Below are positions 9,377 through 18,857 of a stretch of 64,000 nucleotides of DNA, piece by piece. The DNA comes from Acidobacteriota bacterium (GTDB lineage: Bacteria > Acidobacteriota > Blastocatellia > Pyrinomonadales > Pyrinomonadaceae), in NCBI GenBank assembly GCA_016703965.1, contig JADJBB010000005.1, positions 1,471-65,470 of the forward strand. Direction: 5' to 3'. The notes below the pieces were generated by a model. It saw nothing but the letters and a program-made list of their open reading frames with translations, was not told the origin of the DNA and searched no databases. Position numbers and translations under genes: made by a program. The number at the start of each line of letters is the position of its first letter. Positions within the stretch are counted from its first letter, which is position 1.

Positions 9377-10879
9377 ATGGAAAACGAAGAAAACACGGTG
9401 TCTAAAAAAGCACCGGCCAAATCGAGGTTGTACGGAGGAAAGGTCGTGGTATCGGTCGCGTTTCTAGCGTTTGCCGCGGCCATTCTTGGCCTTGGGCTTC
9501 TAACAAATATTCTTGAGCGGAAAAATGAGGCTAAGAACCCTTTTTTTCGTGTGGTTGAATTGACCGACGATACGACCGACCCAGAGGTCTGGGGTAAGAA
9601 TTTTCCTCTCCAGTATGATGGTTACAAAAAGACCGTCGATCAGGTACGAACTCGTTTTGGCGGCAGTGAGGCGGTTCACAAAACGCCAAAGGACTCTGAC
9701 CCGCGATCGATGGTAGCCCAGTCGCGTCTGGAAGAGGACCCTCGATTAAAAACGATGTGGGATGGCTATGCTTTTGCTGTCGACTTTCGGGAAGAGCGGG
9801 GCCACGCTTTCATGCTGGAAGACCAGATGTTTACTGAAAGGCAGAATGTTGTTAAACAGCCTGGTAGTTGTATTAATTGTCACGCCTCCGCGTACGCTGC
9901 TTACAAGAAACTCGGAGGTGGCGACATCGTAGCTGGGTTTCAAGCACTCAACAAACTGCCGTATTTTGAAGCAAAGAAAGAAATTTCACACCCGGTTGCT
10001 TGTATAGACTGCCACGATTCACAAACGATGGCATTACGAATTACCAGGCCCGCATTCATGGACGGGATAAAAGCGTATAAGGCGTCTCAAGGGATCCAAA
10101 ATTATGATGTAAATCGTGATGCAACTCGGCAGGAAATGCGGAGCTACGTCTGCGGTCAGTGCCACGTAGAATACTATTTCAAGGGGAGCCGATAAGCAGT
10201 TGACCTATCCTTGGGAAAAGGGGCTAAAAGTCGAAAACATTATGGCCTACTATGATGAGGTAAAACACAAAGATTGGTCACACAAGCAAACTGGAGCCGA
10301 AGTTCTGAAAGCTCAACACCCTGAATTTGAGATGTTCAACCAGGAATTCACTCAAGGGCAGGTGTTTCCTGTGCCGATTGTCACATGCCGTATAAACGTG
10401 AAGGGGCAATGAAAATCAGCGACCATCATGTTCGGAGCCCGCTCCTGAACATTAGCCAGAGCTGCCAAACTTGTCACAGTACGAGCGAAGCGGAGCTCAA
10501 ATTCCGGGCCGAGGCGATCCAGGAACGCACTTTCAATATGCGAAACATTGCCATGGACGCTCTTGTGCAGCTCATTGACGATCTTAGGAAAGCGAAGGAA
10601 AGGGGCGCCACAGACGAAGACCTCGCAGCGGCACGAGACTTTCAGCGGAAAGCACAGTTTTATCTTGATTTTGTCGAGGCCGAAAACTCAATGGGTTTTC
10701 ACGCTCCAGCCGAGGCGGTAAGGATCTTAGGCGAATCTGTGAATTTTACACGCCAAGGGCAACTGTCGCTTAAAAATGGAAAAACCCTGCTCGCTACAGC
10801 TGCCCGCACTGATTTCTTCATACGATACCGAGAGTGGTTTAGAGACGTTCTAAGGGACAAAGAAGGGACACGGTATTAG
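9377..10879 (+). CDS. nrfA: NrfA, pentaheme cytochrome c nitrite reductase (split into three ORFs by two frame breaks)
   Basis: ORFs 9377..10195, 10200..10412 and 10385..10879. Repairing the breaks at 10183-10187 and 10343-10344 gives ...[21 protein letters not shown]... and ...[32 protein letters not shown]... Five heme motifs: CINCH, CIDCH, CGQCH, CADCH, CQTCH. N-terminal signal anchor. Confidence 0.85.
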
Positions 10880-10934
10880 ACCATTACCTTTGTGCGGCGA
10901 TTTGTCCGCATTCTCTGCGAAGTTCTTTGCGATT

Positions 10935-12422
10935 ATGGAAACGAGCACGCCTCCTGGGGCAATCCGGATACTGATATTAAATACACTCGCGTTCACCGTA
11001 TGTTTTTCGGCGTGGATGTTAAACGGCGTTCTTGTTACTTTTCTTTCGGTAAACCAGGTCTACAAATGGACCGCCTCTGAGATCGGTTGGCTGATGGGAA
11101 TACCGGTTCTTGCAGGCTCTATTTTTCGTCTGCCTGCGGGTATGCTAACCGACAAGTTTGGTGGCAAACCAGTAATGACGGCGACCTTGCTCCTCTGTGC
11201 GGTCCCAATGTTTCTTCTTTCAAAGGTCGATTCATTCACTGGTTTCGCTCTGTGTAGTTTCGGATTTGGGCTTGTCGGTGTGAGCTTTTCGATCGGCATT
11301 GCCTACACATCGGTTTGGTTCCCGAGATCAAAACAAGGATTTGCTCTCGGTATCTTCGGAGCCGGAAATGCCGGTTCGGCCATCACCACTCTTGTAGCTC
11401 CAACATTACTCAACACGTTTACGGCAAACGGTTCGGACATCGATGCCTGGCGCAGACTGCCAATAGTCTATGCCGCGGTCCTTGCGGTTACGGGCGTAAT
11501 GTTCTTTCTGGCGACGACAAATAAGAAGCCGCTGTGGGTAGCGAAGACTTTTGCCGAACAACTCGCCCCTCTCAAGAATATTCGCGTGTGGCGTTTCGGA
11601 CTGTACTATTTTCTTGTATTTGGCTGCTTTGTCGCTTTTTCGCAATGGCTCGTCCCCTATTTTGTAAACGTCTATTATTTGCCGTTGGTTACAGCCGGTT
11701 TGCTGGCCGCACTATTCAGCTTTCCCTCAGGTGTTATCAGGGCGTTCGGCGGCTGGCTGAGCGATCGTTTTGGCGGTCGAAAAGTGATGTATGGCGTCCT
11801 CGGCCTGTCGTTACTACTATCCGCTCTGTTGATAATTCCCAAAATGGAAATATCGTCACCGGGCAAGGGGGTCGTAGCCGAACGTGATGGCGTTGTAACA
11901 GGTGTCGACGCTGATTCTGTCACTGTGGACGGCAAAAGATATCAGGTCAATGCCAAAAAGGAAACGGGCTCGGTCGAACAAGACCAAATGCTTATCTTCC
12001 CTACAAAAGAGATATGGCAGGAACCCGTTGTACAGATCGGACAGGAAGTAAAACGAAAAGAACTGCTGGCGAAAGGGACCACCAAGATCTTTTTTCAGGC
12101 CAATGTGTGGATATTCGCCGGGATCGTGATGTTTCTGGGTATTGTCTGGGGCGTCGGCAAGGCTGCTGTATACAAACACATACCTGAATATTTTCCCGAG
12201 GAAGTTGGCGTCGTTGGCGGAATGGTTGGAGTTCTGGGCGGCCTTGGCGGTTTCGTAAGCCCAATCATCTTTGGCTATTTACTTGATGAAACCGGCCTTT
12301 GGACTAGTTCGTGGATGATGATGCTCGTTCTTTCAGCGATCTGTTTGGTCTGGATGCATCGCGTGATTCAGAAAATGATGCACGAGCAGCAGCCGGATCT
12401 GATGAAGAAGATTGAGGATTAA
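10935..12422 (+). CDS. narK: MFS nitrate/nitrite transporter (NarK/NasA family) with a soluble insertion
   Basis: 12-TM MFS pattern (start METSTPPGAIRILILNTLAFTVCFSAWMLNGVL). A ~85-aa hydrophilic insert is encoded at about 11843-12100. The gene sits inside the nitrate operon. Confidence 0.75.
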   Translation: METSTPPGAIRILILNTLAFTVCFSAWMLNGVLVTFLSVNQVYKWTASEIGWLMGIPVLAGSIFRLPAGMLTDKFGGKPVMTATLLLCAVPMFLLSKVDSFTGFALCSFGFGLVGVSFSIGIAYTSVWFPRSKQGFALGIFGAGNAGSAITTLVAPTLLNTFTANGSDIDAWRRLPIVYAAVLAVTGVMFFLATTNKKPLWVAKTFAEQLAPLKNIRVWRFGLYYFLVFGCFVAFSQWLVPYFVNVYYLPLVTAGLLAALFSFPSGVIRAFGGWLSDRFGGRKVMYGVLGLSLLLSALLIIPKMEISSPGKGVVAERDGVVTGVDADSVTVDGKRYQVNAKKETGSVEQDQMLIFPTKEIWQEPVVQIGQEVKRKELLAKGTTKIFFQANVWIFAGIVMFLGIVWGVGKAAVYKHIPEYFPEEVGVVGGMVGVLGGLGGFVSPIIFGYLLDETGLWTSSWMMMLVLSAICLVWMHRVIQKMMHEQQPDLMKKIED

Positions 12423-12433
12423 GGAAGTACTTT

Positions 12434-13777
12434 ATGTCAGCCTGGTTAGAAAAATGGACCCCCGAAGATGCTGATTTTTGGGAAACAACCGGAAGCAAGA
12501 TCGCCTGGCGTACACTGATCGTCACAACGACAACGCTAACGCTTTCATTCGCGACGTGGTTTATGATGAGTGCGATCGTCGTCAAACTGCCCGGGATCGG
12601 CTTTAAATTTTCCACCTCACAGCTCTTCTGGCTTGCAGCGATGCCGGGTCTTGCCGGCGGAACGCTCCGAATGATCCATACGTTTTTACTGCCTATCTTC
12701 GGTACGCGAAAGATCATAACCATCGCCACATTTCTCAAACTGATCCCATGCATCGGACTAGGTTTGGCAATAATGAATCCGGAGACTCCGTTCTGGTTAT
12801 TTATGGTTTTGGCATTTTCTGCCGGGTTTGGAGGCGGCGACTTTTCGTCCTACATGCCCAGCACGAGCGTGTTCTTTCCAAAGCGATTGCAGGGTACGGC
12901 ATTGGGCATTCAGGCTGGAATTGGCAACTTCGGCGTAAGTCTCGCTCAATTCGCGACACCCATGATCATCACTTTTGCGATGATCGGTGGTTCGCAGACG
13001 ATCCAAACGATCGATCCAAATACGAAGGCAGTCACGGGATCAAATTCGATATGGCTGCAGAATGCAGCATTCTGGTACGTTCCCCTACTGATCATCATGG
13101 GCATCTTGGCCTGGCTGTTGTTGCGGAGCGTGCCCATTAAGGCGTCGTTCACCGAACAGCTAGATATCTTCAAAGACAAACACACCTGGTTTTGCACAGT
13201 CACTTACCTCATGACCTTCGGAGGTTTCTCCGGTCTCGCCGCAGCGTTCCCCTTGCTCATCAAAATTCTATATGGAGGCTTTCCTAACCCGCCGGATCCG
13301 CTCAAGTATGCATTTTGGGGACCTCTAATTGGATCTGCCAGTCGCGTCCTATTTGGGTTTGTAGCGGACAAGGTCGGCGGAGCGATCTTGACGACGATCT
13401 GTGGACTCGCACTAATTACAGGGACGATCACAATGATCGCGTTGGGTCTATTTGCACCGACATCGGTTGATCAGTTCGGACTATTTGTGACGCTTATGCT
13501 GACCCTCTTTTTCTTTACGGGAATGGGCAATGCCGCAACATTTCGCCAATTTCCGATCATTTTCGGACACAATCCACGACAGGCTGCGGGCGTTATAGGT
13601 TGGACGGCAGCCGTCGCTGCTTACGGCCCATTCCTGTTCTCGATGTTGATCAGCACAGTACTTTCGGCGACCGGAACCGTCGATCTATTCTTTATAGGCC
13701 TAACTGTATTTTTTGTAGTTGCCACCTTTATTAATTGGTGGTTTTACAACCGAAAAAACTGCGAGAGGCCGAGCTAA
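12434..13777 (+). CDS. narK: MFS nitrate/nitrite transporter (NarK family)
   Basis: 447 aa. N-terminus MSAWLEKWTPEDADFWETTGSKIAWRTLIVTTTTLTLSFATWFMMS is typical of NarK2-type antiporters. It starts 11 nt after the first transporter. Confidence 0.8.
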   Translation: MSAWLEKWTPEDADFWETTGSKIAWRTLIVTTTTLTLSFATWFMMSAIVVKLPGIGFKFSTSQLFWLAAMPGLAGGTLRMIHTFLLPIFGTRKIITIATFLKLIPCIGLGLAIMNPETPFWLFMVLAFSAGFGGGDFSSYMPSTSVFFPKRLQGTALGIQAGIGNFGVSLAQFATPMIITFAMIGGSQTIQTIDPNTKAVTGSNSIWLQNAAFWYVPLLIIMGILAWLLLRSVPIKASFTEQLDIFKDKHTWFCTVTYLMTFGGFSGLAAAFPLLIKILYGGFPNPPDPLKYAFWGPLIGSASRVLFGFVADKVGGAILTTICGLALITGTITMIALGLFAPTSVDQFGLFVTLMLTLFFFTGMGNAATFRQFPIIFGHNPRQAAGVIGWTAAVAAYGPFLFSMLISTVLSATGTVDLFFIGLTVFFVVATFINWWFYNRKNCERPS

Positions 13778-13879
13778 GCTTTGCTAATTTTACGGAAGTC
13801 TCTCTTGAGGCTGGTACTCCCGCCCATTCCTTAGCAGTAATAGAAGACGAGGAGACACTTTTAGAATACTTTTGAGGCA

Positions 13880-14521
13880 ATGAGATTGATCGATGGATTT
13901 GTTTTGGCAGGCGGACAAAGCCGGCGGATGGGGCAAAACAAGACGGCACTGTTGCTCGGCGGCAAGACGCTTATCGATCGTGCGGCCGATGCATTGTTTC
14001 CCGTTGCAAACACAGTTTACGCGGTCGGTAATTTAACCCACCAAATTACTTCGCTTCCGATAATTCAAGATCATCCCATTACGGGAGATACCCGCGGAGC
14101 GATCGTGGGGTTATATACAGCGCTTGTGAACGCTAAGACCGAGTGGGTAGCCGTACTCGCGTGCGACCTGCCATTTGTCACTGGCGAATTGATGACTCGG
14201 ATGGTAGACATTATGCGGCACGGCGCGGAGTTGCAAATGAACGATGTCGATGCCGTCTTCGCCGAACAGCCAGATGGACGCATTCAGCCACTTTGTGGGC
14301 TGTATCGTCGAGATAGGTGCCTGCCCGAGATTGAGAAAATGTTGTCAGATGGTGAATGGCGATTGCAGCAATTGGGGGTGCGACTCAAGACACGGGTAAT
14401 TGGGTTTTCCGAGATCAAGGATATTCAAGGCGCCGAATTCTTGTTCTTTAACATGAACACACCCGAGGAATATCGATTAGCAGTCGAAATTGAAAAGAGA
14501 TGCGACTCCAGTCCGTTTTAA
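13880..14521 (+). CDS. mobA: molybdenum cofactor guanylyltransferase
   Basis: 213 aa. N-terminal GFVLAGGQSRRMGQNK nucleotide-binding motif. It follows the Mo-enzyme operon. Confidence 0.8.
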   Translation: MRLIDGFVLAGGQSRRMGQNKTALLLGGKTLIDRAADALFPVANTVYAVGNLTHQITSLPIIQDHPITGDTRGAIVGLYTALVNAKTEWVAVLACDLPFVTGELMTRMVDIMRHGAELQMNDVDAVFAEQPDGRIQPLCGLYRRDRCLPEIEKMLSDGEWRLQQLGVRLKTRVIGFSEIKDIQGAEFLFFNMNTPEEYRLAVEIEKRCDSSPF

Positions 14522-14628
14522 GGCAGCCAATTCGCTAGGCCCCATAATCCAGGTTGTATGCGATCATGTTCCTTTCCTTTTTCATACACAATCCCTATTT
14601 GCTTATGCATGATTAGAAATTCTTTACC

Positions 14629-15018
14629 TCACATCTCCGGTTTCGTGGGCGACGCGAACGCTAAAATGTATCCGTCAGCATCAAGACTGTATGCAACCAA
14701 CTCACCCCAGTCTCTAGGTGCCAGCGGGCTGAGTTCCTGGGCTCCGGCAAGGAGAGAGCGCTCGTGAAATGCGGCCGGATCATCCACCACTAAATAGATC
14801 TCGCCACGCAGAACGTCGGGCATTGAAGACGGATCGCCGATGCGACCTAACAGCCGTATAATCCCTTCCGACGGCATAAGGCCGAGAATCGTTTGTTCTC
14901 CAATCGAAAACTCCGTCATTCCAGGCACATCAAGAATAGGATCTTTCCCAAGAACCGTCGAATAGAATGCTGCACTATGCTTCTGGTCGGATACGTATAA
15001 GATGAAATGCACCTTCAT
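14629..15018 (-). CDS. VOC (glyoxalase/bleomycin-resistance) family protein
   Basis: 129 aa, beta-alpha-beta-beta-beta repeat pattern (MKVHFILYVSDQKHSAAFYSTVLG...EIYLVVDDPAAFHERSL). Confidence 0.6.
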   Translation of the reverse strand: MKVHFILYVSDQKHSAAFYSTVLGKDPILDVPGMTEFSIGEQTILGLMPSEGIIRLLGRIGDPSSMPDVLRGEIYLVVDDPAAFHERSLLAGAQELSPLAPRDWGELVAYSLDADGYILAFASPTKPEM

Positions 15019-15163
15019 TTTCCTCTAAACCTCGTGAAACTTAATTTCAGTACAACTTGCTGGCGGCGTTTTGCCAGAGTAAAGGGAGGCATCGCTCGCG
15101 TTTGCAACCGGATCTGATAGCTTGGACTCGTGGCCCCCTAAGTAAAGTAGTTGTACAGCCTAC

Positions 15164-15814
15164 TTACCTTTTCTTGACGAAAGCTCCAGAAACGAGAAAC
15201 ATCAAACCGAAGAAAAATTCTCTAATTTCAATCCCGTCAACATACTTCGACAAGATCTGCCACGGCTCAGCGTTCGGTCTCGGCGTTGTTTTGAATGAGA
15301 GGTTGTGAAGCGTCTTCAATATCGGATTGAGGAGGTTTCCTGAGCGAGCACTCGAAGCTTTAGCTCCGAAAGCTACGACCCGCGCGCCAACCTTCAAGTG
15401 TAGCAAAATATTTTCCAACGCCCCTTCTAATGCATAGACATCAGGAGCCGCAAACATAACAAGACCATCGAATTCACCCGTCAAATTTGCGTCTTGCGCC
15501 GCAGCGACGATCACTTCTACATTATCCCAGTGGTTTGCCGCAATACGCCTCCGTGCGAGTTCGCTGTGCTTGGGGCTGATATCGACACCGACGACTTGGC
15601 CGGAGGGCCCAACCGCGTCAACAAGAAATGGAAAACTGCCTCCCGGACCGCAACCAACATCCAAAACACGGTCCCCTTCTTTGAGATTCAGGAGTTCGAC
15701 AGCCTTTCGACGGACAGGCTTAATGAACGAGAAATCGAAGTTCGGGAATGGTTTCGTCAACTCAATCAGCAAGCGGCCATAAAGCGGCGTTAGTTCTTTG
15801 TCTTGTTTTTCCAT
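15164..15814 (-). CDS. class I SAM-dependent methyltransferase
   Basis: 216 aa with SAM motif I (RVLDVGCGPGG) and the downstream acidic loop (VVGVDISP). Confidence 0.75.
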   Translation of the reverse strand: MEKQDKELTPLYGRLLIELTKPFPNFDFSFIKPVRRKAVELLNLKEGDRVLDVGCGPGGSFPFLVDAVGPSGQVVGVDISPKHSELARRRIAANHWDNVEVIVAAAQDANLTGEFDGLVMFAAPDVYALEGALENILLHLKVGARVVAFGAKASSARSGNLLNPILKTLHNLSFKTTPRPNAEPWQILSKYVDGIEIREFFFGLMFLVSGAFVKKR

Positions 15815-15832
15815 CGAAACGACCTCTCTTGT

Positions 15833-16246
15833 TCAGTCAATCCCCAGAATTGCGTTAAAGAAAGAGACCACATGTCTCCAAACGAGGTAGAAAACGATCA
15901 CCAAAACTGGGAAGCCGAAAGGAAACGCGCTCGCTACGACCGACGGGATTTCAACGTCAGTGAGCTTAGCTATTCCAAATGCTGTCATTGCCTGTACAAA
16001 CGTAAGAAGTGCCCCATGAAGACCGATAGACAAATACCGATTTCTTCGCAATCGTACGTAAGCCATATTCCAAATGCCCCATAGATTTGGAACTATCGCC
16101 AAAGGAAAAACTATCAATCGCTCAATCGGGATAAGTTCGCTGTATTCGTGACGAGCAAACGTAAAAACAGTAACGAACAAAACAAGAAGAATCGTAGGGA
16201 TAGTGATTCCTGCCATATATGCTCGAAGATAAGGATACGTTTTCAT
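15833..16246 (-). CDS. integral membrane protein (4 TM), unknown function
   Basis: The ATG at 16246 (MKTYPYLRAYMAGITIPTILLVLFV...) gives 137 aa of mostly hydrophobic helices. It lies directly downstream of the anti-sigma gene. Confidence 0.5.
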   Translation of the reverse strand: MKTYPYLRAYMAGITIPTILLVLFVTVFTFARHEYSELIPIERLIVFPLAIVPNLWGIWNMAYVRLRRNRYLSIGLHGALLTFVQAMTAFGIAKLTDVEIPSVVASAFPFGFPVLVIVFYLVWRHVVSFFNAILGID

Positions 16247-16260
16247 ATGGATCTCCTGCG

Positions 16261-16482
16261 CTAGAGGTTGAACAGCAGCCCGGTAATCGCCTCCGGGACA
16301 AACAGGCAAAGAATCACGACAATGGCGACGAGGACGAAATCAAACCAGCGCACACGAATGCCCGAATCACTTAATTTTAGATGTACGCGAGGCCACAGAT
16401 CTTGCGGTGGTTCCTGCTCGTCCATTGGAGCAATCGCGTTCCTAAGAAATTTGCTAAATTGTTCGTCATCAAGACGGTTCAT
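16261..16482 (-). CDS. putative membrane-anchored anti-sigma factor
   Basis: 73 aa with one C-terminal TM helix (FDFVLVAIVVILCLFV). It overlaps the ECF sigma stop by 4 nt. Confidence 0.5.
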   Translation of the reverse strand: MNRLDDEQFSKFLRNAIAPMDEQEPPQDLWPRVHLKLSDSGIRVRWFDFVLVAIVVILCLFVPEAITGLLFNL

Positions 16483-16997
16483 GATTCTATACCTAGTTGT
16501 TTTAAGTGTTCGCGCAAAAGGCGTGTGGCCCGGAATAGACGCGACTTAACCGTTCCAACAGGAATACTCAGCGCCTCCGCAATCTCTTCATACGGTCTTT
16601 CTTCAATCAGTGCCAACGTTGCAGCCACTCGAAGTTTCGGTGGCAATTGGCTGAATGCTTGTTGAATCCGTTCCCGCGTATCCCGTTGAATCGCAGCATC
16701 GGGCGGCGTTTCAAGTGACCGATTTTCCTGAAATTGAACCTCCGGTCGAACATGTTTCAAATGGTCAAGAGCAAGATTTGTTGCAATACGTCGCGCCCAA
16801 GCCCCGAAACTTCGCGTTGGATCGAATCTAGCGTGAGAGCGATAAAGACGCCAGAATGTTTCCATTGTGAGCTCCTCTGCAACTCTCGGATCTCGAACTA
16901 TTCGGACGATCCAGCCATATACTTCTTTCTGGAACTGCCGGAATAGTATTTCAAAAGCATCGAGATCGCCATGTGTGAACTTCTCTAGCAATTCCAT
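16479..16997 (-). CDS. ECF-type RNA polymerase sigma-70 family factor
   Basis: 172 aa. Region 2 (FRQFQKEVYGWIVRIVRDPRVAEELTMETFWRLY) and region 4 HTH (YEEIAEALSIPVGTVKSRLFRATRLL). Confidence 0.85.
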   Translation of the reverse strand: MELLEKFTHGDLDAFEILFRQFQKEVYGWIVRIVRDPRVAEELTMETFWRLYRSHARFDPTRSFGAWARRIATNLALDHLKHVRPEVQFQENRSLETPPDAAIQRDTRERIQQAFSQLPPKLRVAATLALIEERPYEEIAEALSIPVGTVKSRLFRATRLLREHLKQLGIES

Positions 16998-17371
16998 TTC
17001 TTCTATTAAACTTACTGCCTACGTCGCATTTTAGTTCACTTTACCGATCACATTTCTGAAACAAAATATTTTTTCCGAGTCCAGTCAGGTTTTCCTGAAA
17101 TTTGAAGAAAAAATATACGGGTCCTTGCCCCTTCGGCAGACAGAAGAAGAGACGTTTTCGGAACTCACCGCTCCTAGATTATTCTACGGTCTTTTCTTGA
17201 GCGAATTCAGCAAGACGACGTAAAGTGGGCGCAACGATCGTGGGCAAGTCTTGTCCAGCAATCTGTTATGAACGAGATACGTCAAATAACGACCCCCGAC
17301 CGCCACTTCCGACAGGGCTCGTTATAAATTCCAATCAGAAGCAATTTGAAGCGCCGTTTCTTGACGGGCTC

Positions 17372-18439
17372 TTAGTCTGCGGTATCGAGCCTTTTTACCG
17401 CTTCCAGCAAGAGTTTGTCATCAGTTTGAGCGTAGACCGTTGTGATGCTCATGTCAGAGTGCGCAAACAGATTCTGCACTATAAGCGGGTTCGTATTTCG
17501 CCGGATTAGCTCGCTGGCGAAATAGCTGCGAAGATCGTGGAAGTGATAGTTCTCTTCTCTCGTTCCGCCTTTTTTGTTTATCCCAGCGTTACGGAGTGCA
17601 GTTTGCCATCGTTTACGGAAGTCTTTTACCGGGAACGGCAACTGTTTTTCATCGATCATCGCTTTCAATATCTTAGTCGCAGTTGCATTAAGCGGAACTA
17701 AACGCGGCGGTCTTCCTTTCGATCCAATGACGAATACATGTTCGTTTTCAAAATCGATAACATCTTCCGTGATCGCGACAAGTTGTCCGCGACGTAATGG
17801 AAGATTCACTGCGAGGACTATCAGTCGATAAAGCAGTGTATCCTTCTCCAACTCCGTCCAAAGCGCTTCCTTTTGTTTCGGATTTAGCAACCGTCTTCGA
17901 GGGGGCGGTTCCGGTAGAGCCTTCACGTATTGCATCGGGTTGCGTTCCAGAATTCCCTCTTCACACGCTAAGCTGAAGATCTTCGACAACGTGGACATGA
18001 TCCGGTTGATCGACGCCGATGAGAGTGCACTTTCTTTCTTCCGTTTGTTTTGGCGAGTCTGAAGTTTGGTCCGGCAGTTTCGACAGTCCTGAGGACTGAT
18101 GCTGGACAAAGTTTGCTTCTTGAAGTGACCAAGTAGAAGCCTTATATAAAGTTCCTTAGCTCCTTTGTTGACGTTGTTCTGCTGGACATAGGGCCGATAT
18201 TTCTCGTCGATGAACGAGGCAAGAGTCGTGGTGGTATCGGTAACGTTATAGCTATGATCAAAGGACGCTTTAATGATCTGCCTCTCAGCCAGCTCAGCTT
18301 CCTGTTTGGTCTTCGCTTCGGGAATACTCTGATGAATGACCTTCCCTTTCAGCCGCTTATAGATCCACCATCGGGCTTTCGAATAGTCGGGATGGGAGGA
18401 TGAGACTCGCTTACCGTTGTATCTTTTGTAGACAGACAT
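17372..18439 (-). mobile_element. int: tyrosine site-specific integrase, copy 1 (intact)
   Basis: ATG at 18439 (MSVYKRYNGKRVSS...). C-terminal catalytic region with HDLRSYFASE...LFAHSDMSITTVYA (R..HxxR..H..Y pattern). It lies next to a partial tRNA. Confidence 0.85.
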
Positions 18440-18765
18440 ATTCTTCGTTAGTAGATTTGCTCTGGTCAGTAGTCGAGGGACGTGACAAACCGGTGCCTCT
18501 CGCGTAGCCTTTCGCAAGTTCTATTCCGCTGACTGTTAGCCGCTTATTTGCTCGGAATCGGAGTGAAAAGGTGAAATTTGGAACGCCGATGCAACAGTTG
18601 GTTTTTTCCTCGCACCGTGGTTGGTGCGTCTGTTCACCAAAACGGCTCTAATTTGAGGTGCAGAAGGTTGGTTGCAAAATGGAGGCGCTTTTTCTGACGG
18701 GTGGTAGGCCGTAAATGCGGCAATCAGGGGGCTTAGCAACCCGCCCTCTCGTGGCTGTGGAGAAA

Positions 18766-18800
18766 CTACGAAAAATGGGACTTTCGGATTTCTCCGAAAG
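18766..18800 (-). terminator. intrinsic terminator following the tRNA fragment
   Basis: Hairpin CTTTCGGA-ttt-ctCCGAAAG at 18781-18800, followed on the minus strand by ...CCCATTTTTCG. The same structure recurs at 38583-38602. Confidence 0.5.
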
Positions 18801-18812
18801 CCCCATGTTTAT

Positions 18813-18857
18813 TGGTCGGGACGGCGAGATTTGAACTCACGACCTCTCGCACCCCAA
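18813..18857 (-). other. 3' part of tRNA-Pro(GGG): CCA, acceptor 3' strand, T-arm, variable loop, anticodon 3' stem and loop; no 5' half (att core)
   Basis: Reverse complement reads ...TTGGGGT-GCGAG-AGGTC-GTGAG-TTCAAAT-CTCGC-CGTCCCG-A-CCA. The T-loop TTCAAAT and anticodon loop TTGGGGT (anticodon GGG) are clear. Beyond 18857 there is no anticodon 5' stem, D-arm or CGGGACG acceptor strand. Confidence 0.6.
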
